DNA from: Nitrosomonas europaea
GTDB taxonomy: Bacteria; Pseudomonadota; Gammaproteobacteria; Burkholderiales; Nitrosomonadaceae
Assembly (NCBI RefSeq): GCF_900167395.1
Contig: NZ_FUWK01000022.1
Location: 14,106 to 46,105, forward strand
Direction: 5' to 3'
Length of the DNA: 32,000 nt
Below the pieces are notes generated by a model, which saw only the letters and a program-made list of their open reading frames with translations, made no database searches and was not told where the DNA came from. A program made the position numbers and the translations under genes. The first letter of the stretch is position 1; each line of letters opens with the position of its first letter. This document shows positions 1-10,144 of this stretch, in pieces.

Positions 1-68
1 ATGCAGCCCTACCCTTCTGACCGGGCATCAGCCGCTTACCGGCAGTTCTTCTTACATCTCTTTTTGCC

Positions 69-1676
69 GTGAAGATCGCGCTTGCACAGATCAACTGTAC
101 GCCAGGTGATCTGCGCGGAAATCAACTCAAAATACTGCATGCCTGCCGGCAAGCCAGGGAAGCCGGTGCTGATCTGGTCATCACTCCGGAAATGTCGCTA
201 TGCGGTTATCTCGCGGAAGACTGGCTGTTGCGCAGGGAGTTTGTACAAGCCTGCCATCAGGCGCTGACAGAGCTTACCGCACAGGTGTACGATGTTACGC
301 TGATCGTCGGGCACCCTCACAATATGAATGGCAATCTGTTCAATGCCGTTTCCGCCGTCCGGGACGGCCGCCTGCTGGCGACACATTGCAAACAGCATTT
401 GTTCTCTGACCGGTTACAGGATGAACGTCGTTATTTCAGCGCCGGCAACTCACTCTGCACGTTTGAATGCAGCGGTATACTTTTTGGATTGATGACCGGT
501 TCCGATTACCGGCATGCGGCTCATCTGCAGTCACTACATGCTGCCGGTGCCCAGGTTCTGCTGGCCGTGGATGCTTCTCCCTACTCCATCGACAGCCAGA
601 TCGACCGTTATCAGATACTGCGCGAGGGGATCACACAAACCGGGCTGCCTGCTGTTTATATCAATCCGGTCGGCGGGCAGGATGAGCTGGTGTTCGATGG
701 TGCTTCATTCGCGATGGATCACAGCGGTAAACTCGTTTGTCAGCTGCCCGCTTTTCAGGAAGCACTCGCTCTGATCGCGATTCACGGTAATCAGTCGATC
801 TTCGGAGAATGTTCTACCTTGCCGGATCAGGCCGGGAGTATTTACACCGCGTTGCGTTTGGGTCTGCACGATTTCATCACCAAAAACAGATTGCCTGGCG
901 TACTGATCGGTCTGTCCGGTGGTGTTGATTCTGCACTGGTACTGGCAATCGCAGTGGATGCCCTCGGTGCCGAACGAGTCAGAACCGTGATGATGCCCTC
1001 ACCTTATACCGCCGATATCAGTATTCAGGATGCACAGACCATGGCAGACAACCTGGGGGTGCGCCATGCCGGGATACCGATTACCGGATTGTTCGATCAG
1101 TTCCAGCAGGCGTTACAGGCTGAGTTGCAGGCTTGCTCTGATTCCGGTACTTCGGCCACTGTAGAAAATCTGCAGGCTCGTATCCGCGGAACACTACTGA
1201 TGGCACTGGCCAACCAGTCCGGCATGCTGGTGCTGCCAACGAGTAACAAATCTGAAACCGCAGTGGGTTACAGCACGTTATACGGAGATATGGCCGGCGG
1301 ATTTTCGATACTCAAGGATGTCAGCAAAACACTGGTTTACCGGCTTTGCCATTATCGCAACCAGATTTCACCCATCATTCCGCAACGTATTCTGCAACGC
1401 CCGCCTTCGGCTGAGTTGCGCCCGGGCCAGATCGATCAGGACAGCCTCCCGCCGTACGATGTACTGGATGCAATCATCGAGGCGTACGTGGAAAACGATC
1501 TGTCGGCAGCAGAAATCATCGCTATGAACTATCCTGAGGAAACCGTTCGGCGCGTGCTGCGCATGATCCATTCCAGTGAATACAAACGCCGACAAGCAGC
1601 GCCCGGTATCCGGATCACCCGGCGTGATTTCGGCCGATCATGGCGATTCCCGCTGACTTCCGGGTTTCCAGATTGA
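69..1676 (+). CDS. nadE: Glutamine-dependent NAD+ synthetase (CN-hydrolase glutaminase domain fused to NAD synthetase domain)
   Basis: 535-aa ORF starting at GTG. N-terminus MKIALAQINCTPGDL is typical of the nitrilase-superfamily glutaminase domain. PP-loop motif SGGVDS (GLSGGVDSALV) lies in the C-terminal half. Confidence 0.9.
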   Translation: MKIALAQINCTPGDLRGNQLKILHACRQAREAGADLVITPEMSLCGYLAEDWLLRREFVQACHQALTELTAQVYDVTLIVGHPHNMNGNLFNAVSAVRDGRLLATHCKQHLFSDRLQDERRYFSAGNSLCTFECSGILFGLMTGSDYRHAAHLQSLHAAGAQVLLAVDASPYSIDSQIDRYQILREGITQTGLPAVYINPVGGQDELVFDGASFAMDHSGKLVCQLPAFQEALALIAIHGNQSIFGECSTLPDQAGSIYTALRLGLHDFITKNRLPGVLIGLSGGVDSALVLAIAVDALGAERVRTVMMPSPYTADISIQDAQTMADNLGVRHAGIPITGLFDQFQQALQAELQACSDSGTSATVENLQARIRGTLLMALANQSGMLVLPTSNKSETAVGYSTLYGDMAGGFSILKDVSKTLVYRLCHYRNQISPIIPQRILQRPPSAELRPGQIDQDSLPPYDVLDAIIEAYVENDLSAAEIIAMNYPEETVRRVLRMIHSSEYKRRQAAPGIRITRRDFGRSWRFPLTSGFPD

Positions 1677-1778
1677 GCTGCCCGGATGACATTACTGTAT
1701 TCACCGGGCCAGCTGCAGGATCACAAGTCGGTTCACCGATATGATGGAACTCGATCTGCCAGCAACCATCAAACGCGA

Positions 1779-3294
1779 TATGAAATTCCGCTACCTTCTC
1801 ATCATTGTGCCCTTGCTGTTCCCTGCCCATATATTTGGACAAGAACTGCCCGATCTGGGTGATGTTTCCCAGGCCAGCGTCACCCCTCACCAGGAGCGAC
1901 AGATCGGCATACAGATCATGCGCGAGATCCGCGCGGATTCCAGCTATCTGGACGACCCTGAAATTGCCGATTACCTGACCCGGCTGGGCAACCGGCTGAT
2001 TGCTGCCTCAGGCCAGACCAATCCGGACAATCCGTTCGAATTTTTTGCCATCAATGATTCCTCGATCAATGCTTTTGCCCTCCCGGGCGCATTCGTGGGA
2101 TTTCACAGCGGCCTGATCACCGCCGCACAGAACGAATCGGAACTGGCCGGCGTCATGGCGCATGAAATTGCGCACGTTACTCAAAAGCATCTTGCCCGAA
2201 TGATCTCCGGAACCTCGTATTTAGGCCTACTCGGGTCGATCGCAGCACTGGCCATCGCCATTCTTGCTTCCCGCTCCAACCCCAATGCCGGCCAGGCAGT
2301 CCTGGCCACCGCTCAAGCCAGCGCCATACAATCCCAGCTGAATTTCACCCGCAAGCATGAAAAAGAAGCCGATCGTGTCGGATTCAACATGCTCATCAAG
2401 GCCGGGTTCGATCCGCACGGCATGTCATCCTTCTTTGAGCGCATGCAGCATGCCAGCCGCTATTACGAAAATGGCATGCCTTCTTACCTCATGACTCACC
2501 CGGTCACGCATGAACGTATCGCCGATATTCAGAATCGCACTCAGGAGCTGGGTTACCGGCAGGTGCCGGACAGCCTGGAATTTCATCTGGTTCGCGCCAA
2601 GATCCGTGCTTCCCGCGGTAATCCGGCTTCAGTCATCAATGAATTCAAGGCACGTCTGCAGGATAAACGCTATATCAACGAAATTGCAGAACAATACGGC
2701 CTGATCCAGGCTTTGCTGCGTGCGAGACAGTTCAAACAGGCAGATGAGGAATTGAATACGCTTTACCGAACCATTCAATCCGATTCTTCGGCCCAGTCAC
2801 TCAAGAATCATCGTCTGGGAAAATCTATTCAGGTGGATGGGGATTATCTGCAATCCGCTGCCATGATTGAAACGCTTGCAGCACGCGTCAAATTTGCCAG
2901 TGGGCAGACCGATGACGCTTTCCGGCTGTATCAGTCTGCATTGCAATCCTTCCCGCATTATCGCGCTTTGGTTTACGGTTACGCCGATGCACTGCTGCAA
3001 CACAAGGATGCACAGGCTGCGCTGGATTTCATCAATGGCCAGTCCCAGTTCATCCATGACGATATCCGGCTTTACCGGCTTACAGCCCAGTGCCATGCCG
3101 CACTGGGAAATGCCTTGCTGCAACATCAGGCTGAAGCCGAGGCCCTGATCCGCGAAGGTAATCTGCGGGCAGCAATAGAGCAGCTCCAGATCGCTTTGCG
3201 CCATAAACATGATAATTTCTACCAATTATCCAGCGTGGAAGCACGTCTGCGACAGATCAAGGAATTCGTGGCTGCAGAGAAAGAAAAAAAATAG
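1779..3294 (+). CDS. bepA: Periplasmic M48-family zinc metalloprotease with C-terminal TPR repeats (BepA/YfgC-like)
   Basis: HExxH zinc motif (MAHEIAHVTQKH). It is collinear with my recollection of E. coli BepA (LPDLGD...INAFA...ESELAGVMAHE...EADR.G) and has a TPR-like helical C-terminus. I prefer the ATG at 1779 (MKFRYLLIIVPLLFPAHIFG signal peptide) over the ORF-track start at 1741. Confidence 0.85.
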
Positions 3295-3368
3295 ATTCCA
3301 TTCGGTCATTTCTTCTGCTAAAAATTCAGCGGCCCGATACGCCTCATTCGATATAAGGTATTGTTTTC

Positions 3369-4514
3369 ATGTTCAGCTCACGCAGAAAAATCATTCTTTT
3401 CCTGATCATCCTGTTTACGAGTGTCATTTACGGTTATTTCTCACTACAGGGGGAATCCGGAAAAATACGGTATACAACCCGGGCTGCCGACCAGGGAGAT
3501 ATCGTGCGCACGATATCCGCCAATGGCACGCTCACCCCGCTGGAACTGGTCGATATCGGCACACAGATCTCCGGCAGGGTGATCGAGCTGTTCGCCGATT
3601 TCAATGATCAGGTAAAAACCGGCCAGATCCTGGCAAAACTCGATCCGGCTCTGCTCAATGCGCAGCTGCAGCAATCCGAGGCCAGTCTGAAAAGTGCGCA
3701 GACTGCCTTATCGGTCACCATCAATAAAGCCAACCGCAGCCGTAACCTGATTGAAAAAGGCTTCCTCTCGAAAGAAGCAATGGATGAAGTCAAAGAATTA
3801 CTCGATTCTGCACGGGCACAGGTCATCGTCAGCCAGGCACAGGTTGCACGTGATCAGGCCAACCTGGATTACAGTATCATCCGCTCACCCATTTCCGGTG
3901 TCGTCGTCGCCCGGAACGTCAATATCGGGCAGACCGTTGCCGCCAATTTCCAGACACCCACCCTGTTTCAGGTCGCGCGTGATCTGAAACAGATGCAGAT
4001 CAATATCAGTGTGGCAGAAGCAGATATCGGTCAGATCCATACCGGCCAGACGATGGTATTCACCGTGGATGCGTTCCAGGATCGCGAATTCTCTGCCATC
4101 GTCAAGCAGATACGCCTCAACCCCACGGTTCAGGAAAACGTGGTGACATACAATGTCATCGCAACCGTCATCAATGAAGAGGGCACTCTGCTGCCCGGGA
4201 TGACGGCCAACGTGCGTTTCATCGTCAACGAAAAAACAGAAGTATTGCGTGTACCCAATGCCGCCCTGCGCTATAAACCCAGTCTGGAAGAACTGATCGC
4301 CACAGCGGAAACACAACCTGGCAAACGGTTGCTCTACCGGCTGGAGGGCAATCGGCCGGTAGCGATCAGTGTAACCACCGGCATTACCGACGGTAATTTC
4401 ACTGAAATTCTCTCCAATGAACTCAATGTGAACGATCCGCTCATCATCGAAGAAATGATCGGTAAAAAACAGGATAAGTCGGCTGCCAGCAATTTTAGAT
4501 TCAGGATGTTCTGA
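3369..4514 (+). CDS. Efflux transporter periplasmic adaptor subunit, HlyD/MacA family
   Basis: 381 aa with an N-terminal membrane anchor (IILFLIILFTSVIYGYF), a coiled-coil hairpin region and beta-barrel/lipoyl-like segments typical of membrane fusion proteins. Its TGA stop overlaps the next gene's ATG by 1 nt (TGATG). Confidence 0.8.
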   Translation: MFSSRRKIILFLIILFTSVIYGYFSLQGESGKIRYTTRAADQGDIVRTISANGTLTPLELVDIGTQISGRVIELFADFNDQVKTGQILAKLDPALLNAQLQQSEASLKSAQTALSVTINKANRSRNLIEKGFLSKEAMDEVKELLDSARAQVIVSQAQVARDQANLDYSIIRSPISGVVVARNVNIGQTVAANFQTPTLFQVARDLKQMQINISVAEADIGQIHTGQTMVFTVDAFQDREFSAIVKQIRLNPTVQENVVTYNVIATVINEEGTLLPGMTANVRFIVNEKTEVLRVPNAALRYKPSLEELIATAETQPGKRLLYRLEGNRPVAISVTTGITDGNFTEILSNELNVNDPLIIEEMIGKKQDKSAASNFRFRMF

Positions 4515-5266
4515 TGATCCATCCCGGCGGTTCCAGTGAACCTTTGATTGAGGTGGAAAAGCTCTGCAAGATCTACCGGCTGGGTAACCACGCCGGTACC
4601 TCCCTCAACCTGCAGGTACTGTTCGATGTCAGTTTCACGATACGGCGTGGGGAGTTTGTCGCAATCATGGGGCATTCCGGCTCCGGAAAATCCACTCTGA
4701 TGAACATACTCGGCTGTCTGGATACGCCTACCAGCGGCCACTACCGGCTAGCAGGACACGATGTGTCAACCCTTTCCGGCAATCAGCTCGCCAGCGTGCG
4801 CAACCGGCAAATCGGTTTCGTATTCCAGGGGTTCAATCTACTCAGGCGCATGACTGCGCTGGATAACGTGGCCATTCCATTACTATACGCAGGTTACAGC
4901 CGGGCAGAAAGTCGTCGCCGGGCAATGTCGCTGCTGCAGCAAACCGGGCTGGAAAAGTTTGTCATGCATCAACCCGGCCAACTTTCCGGGGGACAGCAAC
5001 AGCGTGTCGCCATCAGTCGGGCACTGATCAATCAGCCGCAACTCATCCTTGCGGATGAACCTACCGGCAATCTGGATACCCAAACCAGCCACGAAATCAT
5101 GCAATTGTTCGACCGCCTCAATCGTGAAGAAGGCATGACGATCGTCATCGTTACGCATGAAGAAGACATTGCTGCCTGGACTCGCCGTCTGATCCGGCTC
5201 AAGGACGGGCGAATCATTGAAGACAGGCCGATAGCCAAACCAGTCGTTCCTCTTTCCAAATCATGA
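4514..5266 (+). CDS. ABC transporter ATP-binding protein, MacB/LolD-type
   Basis: Walker A GHSGSGKST, ABC signature LSGGQQQR and Walker B LILADEPT. ATGA overlap with the downstream permease. Confidence 0.9.
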   Translation: MIHPGGSSEPLIEVEKLCKIYRLGNHAGTSLNLQVLFDVSFTIRRGEFVAIMGHSGSGKSTLMNILGCLDTPTSGHYRLAGHDVSTLSGNQLASVRNRQIGFVFQGFNLLRRMTALDNVAIPLLYAGYSRAESRRRAMSLLQQTGLEKFVMHQPGQLSGGQQQRVAISRALINQPQLILADEPTGNLDTQTSHEIMQLFDRLNREEGMTIVIVTHEEDIAAWTRRLIRLKDGRIIEDRPIAKPVVPLSKS

Positions 5267-6486
5267 ATTTACTGACTATCATCGGTGAGGCCACGCGGGC
5301 ACTGCAGACCAACCGCCTGCGAACTGCGCTCACCATGCTCGGCATGATCATCGGCGTGGCTGCAGTGGTACTGATGCTATCCATCGGACAGGGCGCACAA
5401 ACCAGCATCAACAGTGCCATTGCCTCAATGGGCAGCCATCTGCTGATCGTCATGCCCGGCGCAACTTCATCCGGCGGACTGCGCTGGGGCAGCGGCAGTG
5501 TCAAAACGCTGACCGTACAGGATGCGCACGCGATTGCAGAATTGCCCATGGTCGATGCAACCGCACCGGTGATTTCAGGTACCGCACAGCTCAACTACGG
5601 TGCCAACAACTGGAGCACCGTGCTGACAGGCGTCACCCCGGACTATTTTTCCGTCAACAACTGGGAAATGGCCGATGGCGAGATCTTTACCGAAGGAGAT
5701 TTACGCTCCGGCACCCGCGTAGCCGTGCTGGGCCAGATCACAGCAAACAGCTTGTTCGGAAACGAAGATCCAGTAGGAAAGATTGTCCGGATTGCCAACC
5801 GGCCGTTCACAGTTGTCGGCGTTCTGGTTGCCAAAGGCCAAAGCCTTTCAGGACGTGACCAGGATGATAACGTATTCATTCCGCTCACCACCGCACAACG
5901 GCAGATCATCGGCAACCAGTTCCCCGGATCGATCAATCACATGACAGTTCGGGCAAAAACGGCAGACAGCATGGAAGCCGCCGAAGCAGAAATCACCCGC
6001 CTGCTGCGTCAGCGCCACCGTATTAGCGCCCATATGGAAAACGATTTCACCGTTCGCAATCTGACTGCACTCGCTTCCGTGGCAAGCAACACTGCCAGGG
6101 TCATGGCATGGATGCTGGGCGCAGTTGCCTCGGTTTCTCTCCTGGTGGGAGGTATTGGCATCATGAATATCATGCTGGTATCCGTCACGGAGCGTACTCG
6201 TGAAATTGGCATCCGTATGGCAATCGGTGCAAATCAGCGGATGATTCTCACTCAGTTCCTGCTGGAATCGCTGATGATCTGTATCCTGGGTGGGATCACC
6301 GGTATCGCCTTGGGAATCGGGGGAGCCTGGCTGGCCAGCCGAATTGCCGAACTCGAAATTGTGATCACACCGGGAATGATCGCCCTGGCATTCTCTTTTT
6401 CCTCGATTATCGGCATTTTCTTTGGCCTGTATCCCGCCCGGAAAGCTGCTGCACTCAAACCGGTGGAAGCCCTGCGCCACGAATGA
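5263..6486 (+). CDS. ABC transporter permease, FtsX/MacB-type (4 TM with large periplasmic domain)
   Basis: 407 aa. One N-terminal TM, a ~230-aa soluble segment, then three C-terminal TMs, ending in the LYPARKAA..P.EALR motif typical of MacB/LolC-family permeases. Confidence 0.85.
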   Translation: MNLLTIIGEATRALQTNRLRTALTMLGMIIGVAAVVLMLSIGQGAQTSINSAIASMGSHLLIVMPGATSSGGLRWGSGSVKTLTVQDAHAIAELPMVDATAPVISGTAQLNYGANNWSTVLTGVTPDYFSVNNWEMADGEIFTEGDLRSGTRVAVLGQITANSLFGNEDPVGKIVRIANRPFTVVGVLVAKGQSLSGRDQDDNVFIPLTTAQRQIIGNQFPGSINHMTVRAKTADSMEAAEAEITRLLRQRHRISAHMENDFTVRNLTALASVASNTARVMAWMLGAVASVSLLVGGIGIMNIMLVSVTERTREIGIRMAIGANQRMILTQFLLESLMICILGGITGIALGIGGAWLASRIAELEIVITPGMIALAFSFSSIIGIFFGLYPARKAAALKPVEALRHE

Positions 6487-6644
6487 TTGTACTGCATTCC
6501 GTACTCGGACCAGATCAGGCAGACTGTTCCGGTTGATCAGAGGTTCCCTGAAGTAATCTTTTTCGCCCGTGCAGCAACATTTGAGATTTGTTACTATTAC
6601 CGGACTGACCGGACAAAAATAGAATCAGACCGGGAAATCATTTT

Positions 6645-6669
6645 TAATCCGGCGGGTACCGCCGGATTA
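6645..6669. repeat. Perfect inverted repeat TAATCCGGCGG-GTA-CCGCCGGATTA in the mrp leader
   Basis: Read directly from the sequence: 11-bp arms with a 3-nt spacer. No U-tract follows it on either strand. A TATAAT box sits at 6677-6682. Confidence 0.6.
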
Positions 6670-6881
6670 TCGACAGTATAATTTCCAGCAATTTGCAACT
6701 CATCACGGAACCTGTGCCCGGATCGGGATCAACGGGTTTCCGAAGTATGCCTGATACATATTTCCGGCAACTGCGAACTGTTACCCTGTCGGATATCAGC
6801 CCGGTGCAATCACTGGTGTCGATCATCTGATTTAATTCTGCCGGCATCTCCGGCAATACCATTTACATTATTTTTCTGAGG

Positions 6882-9800
6882 ATGAACAGCGAGGATCTCC
6901 TGTATTTTCTGATAGCGTTACCTTTCGCCGGCAGCGCATTGGCTGCAATACTGCCGGCCAATGCCCGTAATACGGAAGCGTGGCTGGCGGGTAGCGTAAT
7001 GATCGCGGCGTTTATCATCGCTGCCGGCCTTTATCCATTCATTTCCGAAGGAGAAGCTCTTCGTAATGAAATCGAATGGTTGCCCGGATCTGGCCTGAAC
7101 TTTACACTCAGGATGGATGGTTTCGCGTGGATGTTCTCGATGCTGATTACCGGCATCGGGTTTCTAGTGGTGCTTTATGCACGTTACTACATGTCCCCCA
7201 GAGACCCGGTTCCGCGTTTTTTCTCCTTTCTGCTGGCTTTCGCCGGTGCCATGCAGGGGATGGTCATCGCGGGCAACCTGATTCTGCTGGCCATTTTCTG
7301 GGAGCTCACCAGCATCTTTTCATTTCTGCTGATCGGCTACTGGCATCACAATGCGGCAGCACGCGAAGGAGCGCGCATGTCGCTGATCATCACAGGAACC
7401 GGTGGGCTTTGCCTGCTTGCCGGGCTGATTCTCGTCGGTCACATCGTCGGCAGCTATGACCTCGACAGCGTTCTGGCAGCAGGCGACAGAATCCGGGAGC
7501 ATGCGCTGTACGTTCCTGCACTGGTACTCATCCTGTTGGGGGCACTGACCAAAAGTGCGCAGTTTCCTTTCCATTTCTGGCTGCCCAACGCAATGACTGC
7601 CCCCACACCGGTATCCGCCTATCTGCATTCAGCCACGATGGTAAAGGCAGGTGTGTTTCTGCTCACCCGGCTGTGGCCGGTATTGTCCGGTACTGATGAA
7701 TGGTTTTTCATACTCGGGCTGGCTGGCATGAGTACGCTGCTGCTCAGCGCTTACTTCGCCATTTTCCAACAGGATCTCAAGGGATTGCTGGCCTATTCGA
7801 CCATCAGCCATCTCGGCCTGATTACCACACTACTGAGCCTCGGCAGTCCACTGGCCGCTGTAGCAGCGATTTTTCACATGATGAATCACGCTACTTTCAA
7901 GGCATCCCTGTTCATGGCTGCCGGCATTATCGATCATGAAGCCGGAACACGGGATATGCGCAAACTGAGCGGGTTGTTCAGCTACATGCCGATCACGGCC
8001 ACGCTCGCCATGGTGGCCAGTGCTGCCATGGCAGGTGTACCGCTCCTCAATGGATTCCTTTCGAAAGAAATGTTTTTTGCCGAAACACTCGGGCAACATT
8101 CCGGTTCTGTACTGGATGGCATGCTTCCCTATGTCGCAACGATTGCAGGTGCCTTTGCCGTGACCTATTCCGTACGTTTCATCCATACCGTCTTTTTCGG
8201 TGAAAAAGCACGGGATCTCCCGCGCGAACCCCATGAACCTCCACACTGGATGCGATTGCCAATCGAGTTTCTGGTGCTGGCCTGTCTCATTGTCGGCATC
8301 ATTCCGGGCATGACTGTCGGCCCTTATCTGCATACTGCCGTGACCTCGGTACTGGGTGAACACACCCCGCAATACAGTCTGGCCATATGGCATGGCATCA
8401 ATACTCCGCTGATCATGAGTGTGACTGCGCTCATCGGCGGAGTGTTGCTCTATCTGGCCCTGAAAAATTATCTTGCCCGATGTGAAGATGGCCCGCCTGG
8501 TCTGAGTCATCTCAAAGGTCAGCATATTTTTGACAGGATGCTGGTTACGCTCTCGTGGCGATGGGCACGCTGGCTGGAAGAGTCTTTTGGTACACACCGT
8601 CTCCAGCCGCAACTGTTTCTGGTCATGCTGACTGCCTTGATTGCCGGCAGTTGGCCGTTCTTTGGAGCAGGTATCGATTTCAGTTCGCCGATACTGACTG
8701 GAATCGACCCTGTTTTTGCAATACTCTGGGGAATCGGCGTCGCCTGTGCACTTGGTGCCGCTTATCAGGCCAAATATCATCGTCTGGCTGCACTGATCCT
8801 GATGGGAGGAGCAGGCCTCGTCACCTGTATCACCTTTGTCTGGTTTTCCGCACCTGATCTGGCGGTGACGCAGTTACTGGTAGAAATCGTCACTACCGTT
8901 CTGATCCTGCTGGGGCTGCGCTGGCTGCCGAAAAGAGTGGCACAAATCGACAATGCTTCGACACCGGTTGCCTGGACACGCAGATTCCGGGATTTGATGC
9001 TGGCTGTCGGCTGCGGAGGGGGAATGGCACTGATAGCCTATAAAGCAATGACCAATGCACCATTGTCCGATTCGATCGCCCGATTTTTTCTGGAGCGAGC
9101 TCATTCGGAAGGAGGGGGTAACAATGTCGTCAATGTCATCCTGGTCGATTTTCGTGGTTTTGATACCTTTGGTGAAATCACCGTACTGGGCATCGTGGCA
9201 CTTACCGTTTACGCACTGCTGCGGCGTTTCCGGCCTGCACCGGACAGTATCGATATTCCCGAGCAGCAGCGCAGGCAGAATGCTTTTGATGACAATCATC
9301 CTGACCGCAGCATTGGAGAAACCGTGCACGACTATCTGATGGTACCTTCAATCGTCATGCAGTGGATGTTCCCGTTCATCATTCTGCTGGCGGTTTATTT
9401 CTTTCTGCGCGGCCATGATCTGCCAGGCGGCGGGTTTGCTGCCGGTATCACACTGGCTATCGGCATCCTGTTGCAGTACCTCGCCAGTGGAACCCGTTGG
9501 GTAGAAGACCGTCTCTATATCCGGCCGGTTCGCTGGATTGGCTCTGGTTTACTGCTGGCAGTGCTGACCGGGGTGGGATCATGGCTGTTTGGATTCCCCT
9601 TCCTGACCTCTCATTTCGATCATCTGGAAATACCATTGATCGGAGAATTACCTGTCGCCACAGCGCTGTTTTTCGATCTGGGTGTCCTGTTACTGGTTGT
9701 CGGTGCAACCGCACTGATGCTGATTGCAATAGCCCATCAATCCCTCCGCAGCTATCGCACGCGCTCCGCAGACACTGAAAAAACCGGGGAGGAAGATTAA
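6882..9800 (+). CDS. mrpA: Mrp/Pha/Mnh cation:proton antiporter, fused subunit A+B (NuoL-like)
   Basis: 972-aa polytopic membrane protein with NuoL/ND5-type conserved stretches (WELTS..SFLLIGYWH, KSAQFPFHFWLP.AM.APTPVSAYLHSATMVKAGV). The extra C-terminal ~170 aa correspond to MrpB. It is the first gene of six overlapping genes. Confidence 0.9.
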   Translation: MNSEDLLYFLIALPFAGSALAAILPANARNTEAWLAGSVMIAAFIIAAGLYPFISEGEALRNEIEWLPGSGLNFTLRMDGFAWMFSMLITGIGFLVVLYARYYMSPRDPVPRFFSFLLAFAGAMQGMVIAGNLILLAIFWELTSIFSFLLIGYWHHNAAAREGARMSLIITGTGGLCLLAGLILVGHIVGSYDLDSVLAAGDRIREHALYVPALVLILLGALTKSAQFPFHFWLPNAMTAPTPVSAYLHSATMVKAGVFLLTRLWPVLSGTDEWFFILGLAGMSTLLLSAYFAIFQQDLKGLLAYSTISHLGLITTLLSLGSPLAAVAAIFHMMNHATFKASLFMAAGIIDHEAGTRDMRKLSGLFSYMPITATLAMVASAAMAGVPLLNGFLSKEMFFAETLGQHSGSVLDGMLPYVATIAGAFAVTYSVRFIHTVFFGEKARDLPREPHEPPHWMRLPIEFLVLACLIVGIIPGMTVGPYLHTAVTSVLGEHTPQYSLAIWHGINTPLIMSVTALIGGVLLYLALKNYLARCEDGPPGLSHLKGQHIFDRMLVTLSWRWARWLEESFGTHRLQPQLFLVMLTALIAGSWPFFGAGIDFSSPILTGIDPVFAILWGIGVACALGAAYQAKYHRLAALILMGGAGLVTCITFVWFSAPDLAVTQLLVEIVTTVLILLGLRWLPKRVAQIDNASTPVAWTRRFRDLMLAVGCGGGMALIAYKAMTNAPLSDSIARFFLERAHSEGGGNNVVNVILVDFRGFDTFGEITVLGIVALTVYALLRRFRPAPDSIDIPEQQRRQNAFDDNHPDRSIGETVHDYLMVPSIVMQWMFPFIILLAVYFFLRGHDLPGGGFAAGITLAIGILLQYLASGTRWVEDRLYIRPVRWIGSGLLLAVLTGVGSWLFGFPFLTSHFDHLEIPLIGELPVATALFFDLGVLLLVVGATALMLIAIAHQSLRSYRTRSADTEKTGEED

Positions 9801-10144
9801 TGGAGCTGGTTCTGTCTCTCGGTATCGGCATACTGGTTGGATCAGGTGTATGGCTGCTGCTGCGTCCTCGCACCTACCAGGTCATCATCGGGCTGGGACT
9901 GGTCTCTTATGCCGTCAACCTGTTCATTTTCAGCATGGGACGGCTGGTGACAGACAAACCGCCGGTCACGCAGGCAGGTGCTCAAATTGATCCGACAACA
10001 TTTGCCGATCCGATACCTCAGGCACTGGTACTGACAGCCATTGTCATCGGTTTTGCCACGACGGCACTCTTTCTGGTTGTCCTGCTTGCCTCACGCGGTC
10101 TGACGGGCACCGATCATGTTGATGGCAAGGAACCCGACCGATGA
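9800..10144 (+). CDS. mrpC: Mrp antiporter subunit C (NuoK-like)
   Basis: 114 aa with 3 TM. TAATG overlap with mrpA and ATGA overlap with mrpD. Position in the operon fits subunit C. Confidence 0.85.
   Translation: MELVLSLGIGILVGSGVWLLLRPRTYQVIIGLGLVSYAVNLFIFSMGRLVTDKPPVTQAGAQIDPTTFADPIPQALVLTAIVIGFATTALFLVVLLASRGLTGTDHVDGKEPDR

Noticed and set aside
3284-3291. A8 homopolymer at the end of bepA, a possible slippage or phase-variation tract
   Set aside because: It encodes the terminal EKEKK immediately before the stop codon. A frameshift here would change at most a few C-terminal residues.
5848-6480. 210-aa antisense ORF inside the ABC permease. Similar cases: 3885-4316 in the adaptor gene, 2797-3225 in bepA, 28102-28545 in cbbL, 15901-16320 in the GGDEF-EAL gene and 13733-14161 in the GST gene.
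   Set aside because: I checked each by coordinates modulo 3, and all share the codon register of the real gene on the opposite strand. They are shadow ORFs produced by codon bias.
7830-8780. 316-aa ORF on the minus strand inside mrpA
   Set aside because: It is codon-aligned with the sense frame: 6882 and 7830 are both 0 mod 3. Stops in this frame arise only from sense TTA, CTA or TCA codons, which this gene avoids. It is a mirror-frame artefact with no RBS and a low-complexity product.
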